Positions 45,295 through 54,395 of a stretch of 64,000 nt of DNA are shown here, in pieces. The notes under the pieces are model-generated. The model saw only the letters and a program-made list of their open reading frames with translations. It searched no databases and was not told where the DNA came from. The stretch spans positions 241,649-305,648 of the forward strand of contig JBAZXO010000001.1 in assembly GCA_041659785.1 (NCBI GenBank). Reading direction: 5' to 3'. Position 1 is the first letter of the stretch, and every line of letters begins with the position of its first letter. This DNA is from Minisyncoccota bacterium. GTDB taxonomy: Bacteria; Patescibacteriota; Minisyncoccia; Phycocordibacterales; UBA9973. A program made the translations under genes and the position numbers.

Positions 45295-46458
45295 TTAATT
45301 AACTTCTAAATTCATTTGTGCTTTAGTCTTTGCACCAACTAATCCATCAGCGACAAGACCATGGTCAGCTTGCCACTTCTTAATTACGGCAATTGTTTTG
45401 GGACCGAGTTTACCGTCTAAAACTAGACCAAGACTTAATTTATCATTTAGAAATCTTTGCAATTCCTTGACTGCATCTCCTTTACTACCCTTTTTTAGTG
45501 TTGCAGTACCGAAGTCATATGATCCTACTGAGGGGTTTTGGTTTGTATTTCCTACATTGTTTACGCAAAGTAAACCCGTTTGAGTATTGTAGATGTTACC
45601 ACCTGAACAACCTTGAACTTCTGAATTAGCGGAACATTTCAAAACCATTCCACAGCTTGTAGTAGAGTTATAGTTCGGACCTTGAACATAATTACAGCCC
45701 TCAGGTGGACGAGCATAATCGCAAACAGGCGAAGCCGTAGAAGATGTTCCTGTTGATGTACTAATACATGAACCACCAGTTACATAAGTGTATCCAGAAG
45801 AACAAAAAGATGCTGGTGGTGTTGATGAAACAATAACACATTTACCATCCACCATGTGATATTTAGAACCACCATTCTGACAAAAACTTTGCTGTTCCAA
45901 AAGAGATTTTTCTGACGCTGACAAAAGTGGATATGTTGGAATTGATGCTCCAGCAGAAGAAACAATATTTAATGGATATACAGAATATATATTCTGATTT
46001 ACATAAATTTTCAATGCATAAACACCCGGAATGACTACAGAACCATCAACTGCTGGACTCGCTGCTCCTACATTCCATGTATAACTTCCTGTATTCGATG
46101 TTATGGTTCCTTTATCGTCAGCACCTAATGCAATGATGTGCTTTATAATACCTCGACTGTTCCAACCACTGTAATCTTGAATAATACAATCACTGCTACC
46201 TGAAATAGCAGCAATATCTGATGGATTTGTTAACTCTGGACCACGCACTGGCCCACAAAGCCATAAGGTTGCACTTGCAGTTGTTATTCCACCTGCTTCT
46301 GCTGACTGCTTCCAATTTATGGTTTGGCTACTTCCCATCACCCAAGTAGTCCCGTTTGTTGGTAAAGAAAAACCAGGGAGAACAGTCTGCGCATTCGCAA
46401 AACTAAAACCTCCAAACAAAACAATTAATATAAGAATAAATATTTTGAATTTTTTCAT
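45295..46458 (-). CDS. Secreted cell-wall-binding protein, paralog B2
   Basis: B-type signal peptide. C-terminal PG_binding_1. PPEGCNYVQGPNYN Cys motif. Confidence 0.8.
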   Translation of the reverse strand: MKKFKIFILILIVLFGGFSFANAQTVLPGFSLPTNGTTWVMGSSQTINWKQSAEAGGITTASATLWLCGPVRGPELTNPSDIAAISGSSDCIIQDYSGWNSRGIIKHIIALGADDKGTITSNTGSYTWNVGAASPAVDGSVVIPGVYALKIYVNQNIYSVYPLNIVSSAGASIPTYPLLSASEKSLLEQQSFCQNGGSKYHMVDGKCVIVSSTPPASFCSSGYTYVTGGSCISTSTGTSSTASPVCDYARPPEGCNYVQGPNYNSTTSCGMVLKCSANSEVQGCSGGNIYNTQTGLLCVNNVGNTNQNPSVGSYDFGTATLKKGSKGDAVKELQRFLNDKLSLGLVLDGKLGPKTIAVIKKWQADHGLVADGLVGAKTKAQMNLEVN

Positions 46459-46526
46459 AATATATATTATACCTCAATTATTTTTAAATACCTATATCTC
46501 ATTTATATGCTATATTATATAGAATA

Positions 46527-48536
46527 ATGAACAAAAATAACCATAAAATAAAAGAGCAAAAGAACAAATTGCAAGGCATCATATCTGTCTCCTCTAAGGG
46601 TACAGGATATGTCAAAGTTCTGGGACATGAAGAAGACATTGAAATTGATTTCAAGCACCTAAACACTGCACTACATGGAGACGTTGTAGAAATAATTACT
46701 CACAAAAAGGAAAGGGATAGGATCACTGGTGAAGTAACGAAAATAATATCCCGCGCAAAAACTCGTTTCACGGGAATTCTAGAAGAAGAAAACAAGCTAT
46801 TTTTTTTGAAACCAGATGATACGAAAATGTACACCGATATCTTAATTCCGAAAGAAAATTTAAATAATGCTAAAAATGGACAAAAGGTTTTCGTAGAAAT
46901 AACTTCATGGATTGATGCAAAGAAGGCCCCAATCGGAAAAGTGATAAAAGTTCTAGGACATCCAGGAGACAACAACACTGAGATGTATGCGATAGCGATA
47001 GAAAAAGGTTTCGACTCAGACCTTCCTGATAAAGTAGAAATTGAAGCAAAAAAAATAAAACAAAATGGTATAAAAGAAACTGACTATAAAGGGCGTCGCG
47101 ATTTTAGAAATACCTTAACTTTCACAATCGATCCCTCAGATGCGAAAGATTTCGATGATGCAATATCTTTCAAGGAAATTGCAAACGGAGAATATGAGAT
47201 AGGTATACACATTGCTGACGTTTCGTATTATGTAAAAAATGGTACTGCTTTAGATGAAGAGGCACGCGAGAGAGGAACTTCTGTTTATTTAGTAGACAGG
47301 ACAATACCAATGCTTCCGGAAATTCTTTCGAATGATTTGTGTTCCCTAGTTCCCAACAAAGATCGCCTCACCATGAGTGCCGTTTTCGTTGTTGATAAAA
47401 ATGCAAAAGTTAAGGGTGAATGGTTCGGCCGTACGATAATACATTCACAAAAAAGATTTACTTATGAGAGTGCTGAAGATGTAATAAAAATCGCCTCTTT
47501 GGCGATCCGCCGTGGAGGCGGAGTACTCAATGATCCATACCAACAAGCATTATTTACGCTTAATAACTTAGCAAAAAAATTAACCAAAGAAAGATTTGAA
47601 AAAGGAGCAATTTCGCTAGACCAAGAAGAGGTGAAATTTGTACTCGACGCAAATGGAGTGCCAATAAAAGTAATTAAAAAGGAACGCGGTGATTCAAATA
47701 GATTGATTGAGGAATTTATGCTTCTCGCAAATAAAAAAGTCGCAGAAGTTTTGTCACCCAGAAATATCAAGGGAATAAAAAGCTCGAAGATAACAGAAAA
47801 GGATGAAAGCGTATCTATATACAGAGTACACGACCTGCCAAGCAAAGAAAAAATGGCTGATTTAGCATTTTTCTTAAGAAGTTTAGGGCATAAAGTTTCT
47901 TTACAAAATGGCGTTATCCCTACCCATGAAATAAATAAACTTCTTTTAAGTTTAGCTGGGAAAAATGAAGCTGATACGGTAAATCGCGCAGTAATACGCT
48001 CCATGGCTAAAGCAATTTATTCTACGAAAAACATAGGGCATTACGGTCTCGCTTTTGAATATTATACTCACTTCACTTCCCCGATCAGACGCTATCCAGA
48101 CATCATTGTTCACAGACTCCTCACAAAATATCTTTCTGGTAATAAAACCAAAAAAGAAAATTTATTAAATGAATTGAAAGAGTATGAAAAGATTGCATTA
48201 GTTTCCTCAGACCAAGAAAAACGTGCTTCAGATGCCGAGCGAGCTTCTATAAAATATAAACAAGTGGAATATATGTCTAAACGTTTGGGTAAAAGTTTCG
48301 AAGGAGTCATCAGTGGTATGACCGAGTGGGGCATGTATGTAGAAGAAGTAGAGACAAAATGCGAGGGCCTAGTGCGAGTGCGAGACATGACTGACGATTT
48401 TTATATTTACAATGAAAAGAAATTAGAATTAGTTGGGCAAAAAAAGAAAAAGAGATACCGTCTAGGTGATAAGGTAAAGATAAGAGTAAAAGCAGTTGAC
48501 TTAGAAAGAAAAACTATTGATTACGCTTTAGTGTAA
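46527..48536 (+). CDS. rnr: Ribonuclease R / RNase II-family 3'-5' exoribonuclease
   Basis: RNB catalytic motif DAKDFDDAISF. N-terminal cold-shock-like and C-terminal S1 domains. Confidence 0.85.
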   Translation: MNKNNHKIKEQKNKLQGIISVSSKGTGYVKVLGHEEDIEIDFKHLNTALHGDVVEIITHKKERDRITGEVTKIISRAKTRFTGILEEENKLFFLKPDDTKMYTDILIPKENLNNAKNGQKVFVEITSWIDAKKAPIGKVIKVLGHPGDNNTEMYAIAIEKGFDSDLPDKVEIEAKKIKQNGIKETDYKGRRDFRNTLTFTIDPSDAKDFDDAISFKEIANGEYEIGIHIADVSYYVKNGTALDEEARERGTSVYLVDRTIPMLPEILSNDLCSLVPNKDRLTMSAVFVVDKNAKVKGEWFGRTIIHSQKRFTYESAEDVIKIASLAIRRGGGVLNDPYQQALFTLNNLAKKLTKERFEKGAISLDQEEVKFVLDANGVPIKVIKKERGDSNRLIEEFMLLANKKVAEVLSPRNIKGIKSSKITEKDESVSIYRVHDLPSKEKMADLAFFLRSLGHKVSLQNGVIPTHEINKLLLSLAGKNEADTVNRAVIRSMAKAIYSTKNIGHYGLAFEYYTHFTSPIRRYPDIIVHRLLTKYLSGNKTKKENLLNELKEYEKIALVSSDQEKRASDAERASIKYKQVEYMSKRLGKSFEGVISGMTEWGMYVEEVETKCEGLVRVRDMTDDFYIYNEKKLELVGQKKKKRYRLGDKVKIRVKAVDLERKTIDYALV

Positions 48537-48539
48537 ACA

Positions 48540-48565
48540 CTATCAAACACCCAATGTTTAACAAG
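48540..48565. repeat. Degenerate REP hairpin copy
   Basis: CTATCAAACACCCAATGTTTAACA versus consensus CTGTCAAACACCCGATGTTTGACA. Confidence 0.5.
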
Positions 48566-48574
48566 CCGTAATAT

Positions 48575-49090
48575 CTAATAACTATTCCCTATTGTTTTTA
48601 TAAAAGTGTTTGCTCCAGTTCCACCATATTGATAAAACAAACCACCACAATAGTTAGCACCCGGGTCAGGACCCTTTGCTTCTTCTGTCCGATATACAAA
48701 CATATAAAATGGCCCACAATTAACATAGGAATATGCACCACCATTAATACCCCAAATATTTGGATCTGTGCTCTGGTTTGGATCTTTTGCAAGACTACCA
48801 AGAAAAGGAGCTAATTGTGTAGCCAAACTTGTCCAAGAATTATCGCTACTATTTGACCAACCAGCATTAGGTGCTGTTGCTCCCCCAGAAATTGGATAAG
48901 TACCATTTGTGTTAAAATATAATTCTATCGCTAGAATAATTTGATGAACATCAGATTTTCTTTTTGCATCACGTCCTCTTAATCTAGCTGGACTTAATGC
49001 AGCAAAAATTACTGTCGCTAAAAGACCGACAATTGCCACAACAACTAAAAGTTCGATAAGAGTAAAACCTTTTCTTTCATTTTTAAACAT
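48575..49090 (-). CDS. Type IV pilin / pseudopilin with prepilin-type N-terminal cleavage-methylation motif
   Basis: KG|FTLIELLVVVAIVGLLA. Likely start is the internal Met at 49090. Confidence 0.8.
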   Translation of the reverse strand: MFKNERKGFTLIELLVVVAIVGLLATVIFAALSPARLRGRDAKRKSDVHQIILAIELYFNTNGTYPISGGATAPNAGWSNSSDNSWTSLATQLAPFLGSLAKDPNQSTDPNIWGINGGAYSYVNCGPFYMFVYRTEEAKGPDPGANYCGGLFYQYGGTGANTFIKTIGNSY

Positions 49091-49144
49091 ACAGTTCATA
49101 TTATACAACTTAAATCTACGACAAGACAATTAAAAAAAAATTAT

Positions 49145-49179
49145 TTAGCAATCTGGGTCGCTTCGTCGAATTTTAACTG
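49145..49179. repeat. 35-bp imperfect direct repeat (DR1), duplicate of the smc 3' end at 50503..50535
   Basis: ttagcaatctgggtcgcttcgtcgaattttaactg versus ttggcaatctgtgttgcttcgtcgaattttactg. The DR1 reverse complement encodes KFDEATQIAK*. Confidence 0.75.
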
Positions 49180-49201
49180 TCAAACACCCGATGTTTGACA
49201 G
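49177..49201. repeat. REP hairpin copy 1
   Basis: CTGTCAAACAcccgatgTGTTTGACAG palindrome. Confidence 0.8.
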
Positions 49202-49206
49202 TTTAG

Positions 49207-49869
49207 TCAGTCTAAATTAAACTCTTCCCTCTTTTCTTTTACTCCACTAGTTTTAATAAAATAATTGTATTCATTTTTGTTTTTAAATTGTTCAAGGATA
49301 ATTTCATTTTTTAAAATCTCACCAAAACGATTTTCTTTAATATAATCCTGATAACTTGACCAAGGAAAAATATTTTCTTTTCCCTTCCACTCATTTAATT
49401 CTTTTGGATTCAAATGCACATAAGCAGAAAGATGCAGAAGCTGTTCATTGTCTTCAACATGAACTGCTTTATACGGTCCTTCAAAAAGATGCCCAGAAAC
49501 ACCATATCGAGTGTTAAAATATTTTGTATAAGAATTTAAAACACGTTGCATGTATTTACCTATTCCTCTTTCTTTAGTTTCTTTTATGATAAGGTGGAAA
49601 TGGTTGGGCATCAAAGCAAAACCGGTCAATTCCACAAATCTCTTTGAGATTAAGTTACTTTTTACATCATTATCAATGTCAAACACCCGATGTTTGACAT
49701 AGGAAGAAACAATTCTAGAAATTTGAGGAAAATTATTCTCTGCTTGAAAATATAAAATTAGAAAAAGAAAACGAATTCGATCTCTATCGTCTTTAAAAAT
49801 TATTTTCTTTCCTACTCCCCTATTATAAATATGATAATATTCATTTACTGCAATATTGTCTCGGTTCAT
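49207..49869 (-). CDS. REP-associated tyrosine transposase (IS200/IS605 TnpA-like Y1 transposase, RAYT)
   Basis: HuH motif MPNHFHLII and catalytic Tyr region AYVHLNP. Flanking REP hairpins. Confidence 0.8.
   Translation of the reverse strand: MNRDNIAVNEYYHIYNRGVGKKIIFKDDRDRIRFLFLILYFQAENNFPQISRIVSSYVKHRVFDIDNDVKSNLISKRFVELTGFALMPNHFHLIIKETKERGIGKYMQRVLNSYTKYFNTRYGVSGHLFEGPYKAVHVEDNEQLLHLSAYVHLNPKELNEWKGKENIFPWSSYQDYIKENRFGEILKNEIILEQFKNKNEYNYFIKTSGVKEKREEFNLD
49676..49700. repeat. REP hairpin copy 2 (inside the RAYT coding sequence)
   Basis: ATGTCAAACACCCGATGTTTGACAT encodes VKHRVFDI. Confidence 0.75.
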
Positions 49870-49898
49870 TATTTTATTTTACTACCAACGAAGAAAAA

Positions 49899-49923
49899 CT
49901 GTCAAACATCGGGTGTTTGACAG
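49899..49923. repeat. REP hairpin copy 3 (inverted relative to copy 1)
   Basis: CTGTCAAACAtcgggtgTGTTTGACAG is the exact reverse complement of copy 1. Confidence 0.8.
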
Positions 49924-49924
49924 T

Positions 49925-50473
49925 TTAATTAATCAATTTAAAAGTTTTCATTATGTCTGGAATTTGTAAAAGTAATTTAATTTCACTATCATTAAGCCCA
50001 TAAATTTTGACTAAGGAGCGCACATCATAATCATTAGAAACAAAAACATTATTTTGGTTCTCTGCCAAAAACTTATAGCCACTCGCATAAAGTGGATATT
50101 TATAATAAAAATCCTTAGAAATTATTATTATTTGTATATCACCAGTTCCCCTAGTAGAGTTTTTATCTATTATTTTAAAATTAACACTGTGTCTATACTC
50201 TGAGTTTAATTCATCCCCAAAAGAAACAATATACCCTCTCCAATCATAAGGGAAAGTTAATTCAAATCCATAATCTTTATTAGCGTACGTATTCGAGCCA
50301 ATCAGCCAACTAACTGGGGTAATTTTATTATTTATATTTTTTGTATTTCCATTCTTTTCTGTAATTATATTTGAGCTTTGAGACCCTGCATAATAATACC
50401 CAATCGCACATAAAAGTGTCAGAACAATTATAACTGCAATGAATTTCAAGGGATTTTTTTCTAATTTTTCCAT
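49925..50473 (-). CDS. Hypothetical membrane-anchored/secreted protein
   Basis: N-terminal TM after MEKLEKN. No known domain. Confidence 0.5.
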   Translation of the reverse strand: MEKLEKNPLKFIAVIIVLTLLCAIGYYYAGSQSSNIITEKNGNTKNINNKITPVSWLIGSNTYANKDYGFELTFPYDWRGYIVSFGDELNSEYRHSVNFKIIDKNSTRGTGDIQIIIISKDFYYKYPLYASGYKFLAENQNNVFVSNDYDVRSLVKIYGLNDSEIKLLLQIPDIMKTFKLIN

Positions 50474-50498
50474 ATATCGAAAGCTTACTACTTTAATC

Positions 50499-52634
50499 TT
50501 ACTTGGCAATCTGTGTTGCTTCGTCGAATTTTACTGAGAGGAGTTTGGATGCGCCGTCGGAGCCTATAGTGACGCCGTAGAGTATGCCAGCGCGAGACAT
50601 CGTCTCGCGATTGTGAGTGACGACGATGAGCTGAGATTTATGAGAAAGTTTCTCCAACATATCTCCGTATTTTCTAGAATTTGCTTCATCGAGGGCTGCA
50701 TCCGTTTCATCGAGCACGAGGAATGGTGGCGGATTCACTTGTGACATAGCGAAGAGAAGTGCGATAGAGGTTAGGGATCTTTCCCCTCCTGAAAAGGCAT
50801 TGAGTTCTTTTACTTTCTTGTGTGGAAGAGAAACATTTATTTCTATTCCGTGCTCAATTACGACTTCTTCGTCATCTTCTTCTTCAAAATCCAATTCCTC
50901 TTCCGACTCCTCGTCGGATCGCCGTCGAGGCGATTTCTTAATTTCAACAATAGAAAGCGATCCATGTCCCCCGCCGAACATCAGAGAGAAGAACTCCTGA
51001 AATTCCACATTTATTTTCTTTATACCCTCTTTAAATTCTATATCAATTTTTTCTTTCAAGTCGGCAATGAGCTTCTGTAAAGATTCAATACTTTTTTCTA
51101 AATCCTCCATCTCTTTTAACAAGAATTGGTCACGCTCAGAAACTTCCTTATATTCTTTCATTAATTCTGCCCCGTTTCCAAGTCCTGCGTCTTCTAATTT
51201 TATTTTTATACGCTCAATTTTTCTCTTTAAATCTTCCTGACTAATTCCCTCACCCTCTATTTGGAAATTCTTGTAAGATAAAATCTCTGCACCTATTAAA
51301 GCTGAGCCTTCTTTTATCTCATTTTCGAATGCCTCATTTCTACTCGTTAGATTTCTCTCTCTTATAGACACAAGTTCCAAGGCAGAAGATAATTCTTGAT
51401 GCTTAACCTTAAAGGCAAATTTCTCCCTTTCCAAGTCACGCAAGGCTTCCATTTCTTTATTTATCTCTTGTTTTAATGTTTCTATAGAATGAGCCAGCTT
51501 TTCCTCTTCCTCTTGTAATTTTTGTATTTCAGTAACAACATTAATCTGTGAATTTTTTAATTCTTCCAATTCTTTTTCTTCATTATGTTTTTTTTCTATT
51601 TGTTCCTCTCCATTATCTTTAATCTCATTTCCACACAATGGACATCTGCCAGAAATTTTTACCTTATTTTCCCTTATTTCTAAAATTCCTTCTATGCGTC
51701 CAAGCTTGCGTTCAAGTTCATTCTTTAATCCATGAGTAATGTTTATTTTTTGCTCAATAGTTTTCAATTCCTCCAATTTTTTATTTCCGCCGGCGGTGTT
51801 ACTGTCTTCAGTGATGGAAATTTTACTATTAACACTCTTGATCTCCGCCTCGAGGTGGCTTCTCTCCTCTTTTAAATTATCTTTTTCTTTTTCTAAATAA
51901 ACACTCTCATTTTTTAAATATTCTCTATAAAGAGAGGTTAACTCCCCTTGCATTTCTTTTGTTTTTTCAAATTTTTCTACTTGTTTCTTTAAGAAATTAA
52001 TATGTGGAGCATTTTCTCTGCGCAAGAGAACAATTTCTTTCATATTTTCATTTGTTCTTTCTAGTTTTCTCTCACTTTCTTTTATTTTGTATTGATATAT
52101 TTTGAGCCCGAGCGCGTCTTCTACCATTTCCTTTCTGTCTCTAGAATTCGCATTCAGAATTCTGTCAGCCTCACCTTGAGAAATGATGTGGTGCCCAGAA
52201 GAACCGATGTTCACCGAAGCGAGCAAGTTATGAATATCTTTCAATCTAACTTCTGTCCCATTTAAAATATATTTATTTAACCCATCAGAAAAAACCTCCC
52301 GAGAAATCGAGATAACGTCGTAATTCAAATTTATATCTTCTCCCCCATCGTTCGTTAGTTTAAAAACTTTATCAGTATTATTAAAAAATATAGTAACCGC
52401 CGCACGAGAACCTTTTGCTAAATTTTTCGAACCCTTAAAGACAAGGTCTGATCCTCCCTTTCCACGCATTGATTTCATTGATTGTTCACCCAGAACAAAG
52501 CGAATAGATTCTACGACGTTAGACTTTCCAGATCCATTCGGACCCACGATAGAAACGATAGGACTTTCAAACTCCAAAACAGTTTTTTGGGCAAAGGATT
52601 TAAAACCATTTAATTGAAGTGTTTTGAGTCGCAT
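50499..52634 (-). CDS. smc: SMC/Rad50-family ATPase, unusually short (711 aa) with a central CxxC zinc-hook-like motif
   Basis: Walker A GPNGSGKSN, signature LSGGERSL, Walker B LVLDETDAALD, central CPLCGNE. Immediately downstream of rnc. Confidence 0.7.
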   Translation of the reverse strand: MRLKTLQLNGFKSFAQKTVLEFESPIVSIVGPNGSGKSNVVESIRFVLGEQSMKSMRGKGGSDLVFKGSKNLAKGSRAAVTIFFNNTDKVFKLTNDGGEDINLNYDVISISREVFSDGLNKYILNGTEVRLKDIHNLLASVNIGSSGHHIISQGEADRILNANSRDRKEMVEDALGLKIYQYKIKESERKLERTNENMKEIVLLRRENAPHINFLKKQVEKFEKTKEMQGELTSLYREYLKNESVYLEKEKDNLKEERSHLEAEIKSVNSKISITEDSNTAGGNKKLEELKTIEQKINITHGLKNELERKLGRIEGILEIRENKVKISGRCPLCGNEIKDNGEEQIEKKHNEEKELEELKNSQINVVTEIQKLQEEEEKLAHSIETLKQEINKEMEALRDLEREKFAFKVKHQELSSALELVSIRERNLTSRNEAFENEIKEGSALIGAEILSYKNFQIEGEGISQEDLKRKIERIKIKLEDAGLGNGAELMKEYKEVSERDQFLLKEMEDLEKSIESLQKLIADLKEKIDIEFKEGIKKINVEFQEFFSLMFGGGHGSLSIVEIKKSPRRRSDEESEEELDFEEEDDEEVVIEHGIEINVSLPHKKVKELNAFSGGERSLTSIALLFAMSQVNPPPFLVLDETDAALDEANSRKYGDMLEKLSHKSQLIVVTHNRETMSRAGILYGVTIGSDGASKLLSVKFDEATQIAK

Positions 52635-52649
52635 ATTATAATCGTTTTT

Positions 52650-53345
52650 CTAGTCTAACCAATTTTTTACTTTTAATGCATTTTCGGCTGCTTTCTGTTC
52701 AGCTTCCTGTTTACTTTTACCCTTACCTTCAGCGATTAAATCTGTACCGAAATAAACACCTACAGTAAAATGTTTGTCGTGGTCTGGACCTGACTCGTGC
52801 AGAACTTTATACAAAGGAGTAACTGATACAAATTCTTGCGCACGCTCTTGTATCAAACTTTTTGCATCACGCCAAAGCTTTTTATTTACTATTTCCTCTG
52901 TTTCTGGTAAAAGAGTTTTCGCTATAAACTTTTCTACCACATCATAACCTTGGTCTAAATACATCGCACCGACAAGTGCTTCATAAGTATTTGCTAAAAT
53001 ATATTGTCTAGCTTTGCCGAAATCTTTTGCTTCACCTTTAGACAAAAGTAAATAATCATTCATTCCTATCTTCGAAGCAATCTCAGAAATAATAATAGCA
53101 TTCACGAGCGCTGAACGAAGAGCCGTCAATTGTCCTTCTGCATAATTTGGATATTTCTTGTAAAGAAAATCTGTGACAATGAGCTCGAGCACTGCATCAC
53201 CTAAAAACTCCAAACGTTCATTGTGAGAAATATCCGTTTTGGGATTCTCATTTATATAAGAACGATGTGTAAAAGACTGCTTGAGTAATTCTTTGTTTTT
53301 AAAAACTACTTTTATTTTTTTTTCAAAATCTGAAAATTGTATCAT
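52650..53345 (-). CDS. rnc: Ribonuclease III
   Basis: ERLEFLGDAVL signature. C-terminal dsRBD. Confidence 0.9.
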   Translation of the reverse strand: MIQFSDFEKKIKVVFKNKELLKQSFTHRSYINENPKTDISHNERLEFLGDAVLELIVTDFLYKKYPNYAEGQLTALRSALVNAIIISEIASKIGMNDYLLLSKGEAKDFGKARQYILANTYEALVGAMYLDQGYDVVEKFIAKTLLPETEEIVNKKLWRDAKSLIQERAQEFVSVTPLYKVLHESGPDHDKHFTVGVYFGTDLIAEGKGKSKQEAEQKAAENALKVKNWLD

Positions 53346-53354
53346 TTGTTTTTC

Positions 53355-54317
53355 TTATTTTTTGCTTATAATTTCAATTGCTTTGGTAATCAAAGGAATT
53401 ATGTCGTTATAAATACGTAATTCTGGAATAGCTGAAAGCTGAAACCATCTTGCTCCATCGAGTCCACCGGACTTTTCAAGCTCGAGCTCTTTGTGTTCAC
53501 TTTTAGCTAAAAAATACACTACCTTTTTTAAACTTTTTCCTTTTTCTGGGTGAGATGCGACGTATTCATTCTCCCCTAATTTCTCTTCTATATGTATATC
53601 GAGCCCAATTTCTTTCTTGATTGCTTTAATCGTGCCATTTTTAACATCATCTCCTGCCTCTATTTTTCCTTTAGATAAAGTCCAATAACCAAAAACATCA
53701 TGAACAAAAGCAAACAAAACATCTCCATCATCCTTGTTGTCTCTCTTCGTATAAACCAATGCTCCGCCCAAATTCTCGACTGGTAACTTCGTAATATCTA
53801 CCGGCTCTTCTAATTTTTTCTTTTTACTAATTTGTTCTTTGCCTGGTTCACCTATTTCTTTATAAACAGCGCCGAGTACGCCGTTTACAAATTTGCTAGA
53901 ATTTTCTCCGCCAAATGTTTTTGCTAGTTCTATCGCTTCATTTATAGCCACCTTCGGAGGTACTTCATTTCTATCACCAAAAATAAGCTCAGCTAAGCCG
54001 ATTCTTAAAATATTCCTATCAATTATAGAAATTTTATCAATAGGCCAGTCTGGTGCAGCTTTTTCTATAATCTCATCTATGACTGCACGCTTTTTTAATA
54101 CTTGATCTATGAGAGAAAACACAAAAGCCTCGTCCTCGTGACCAGGAGCGAATTCTTTCAAATTTCTTTTTAATACGTCTCTAATTTCCTCACTTGTAGG
54201 ATTATTGCTTTTTTCCCGCCCGACCGAACGGTCGTTCGGGCGGGTATCGCCCGACTGGAAATCCCACTCAAAAAGCGTCTGGAGCACTATTGATCTTGAA
54301 AGGTGCCTATTTGCCAT
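53355..54317 (-). CDS. nusB: NusB-like antitermination domain fused to a C-terminal Nudix-fold domain with a degenerate Nudix box
   Basis: N-terminal SIVLQTLFEWDF...AINEAIELAKTFGGENSSKFVNGVLG matches NusB. C-terminal GKIEAGDDVKNGTIKAIKKEIG resembles GX5EX7REUXEEXGU with substitutions. Confidence 0.65.
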   Translation of the reverse strand: MANRHLSRSIVLQTLFEWDFQSGDTRPNDRSVGREKSNNPTSEEIRDVLKRNLKEFAPGHEDEAFVFSLIDQVLKKRAVIDEIIEKAAPDWPIDKISIIDRNILRIGLAELIFGDRNEVPPKVAINEAIELAKTFGGENSSKFVNGVLGAVYKEIGEPGKEQISKKKKLEEPVDITKLPVENLGGALVYTKRDNKDDGDVLFAFVHDVFGYWTLSKGKIEAGDDVKNGTIKAIKKEIGLDIHIEEKLGENEYVASHPEKGKSLKKVVYFLAKSEHKELELEKSGGLDGARWFQLSAIPELRIYNDIIPLITKAIEIISKK

Positions 54318-54395
54318 ATACTAGTTATAAAGTTATCAAGTTCTTAAAGTCCATAAAGTGAACACTTTTAACTTTCCACTTTACAACTTTATGAA

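Larger units (their letters stand above)
49180..50502. mobile_element. ~1.3 kb insertion carrying a REP-associated tyrosine transposase, bounded by 35-bp direct repeats of the smc 3' terminus
   Basis: DR1/DR2 as above. RAYT flanked by inverted REP hairpins. Confidence 0.6.
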
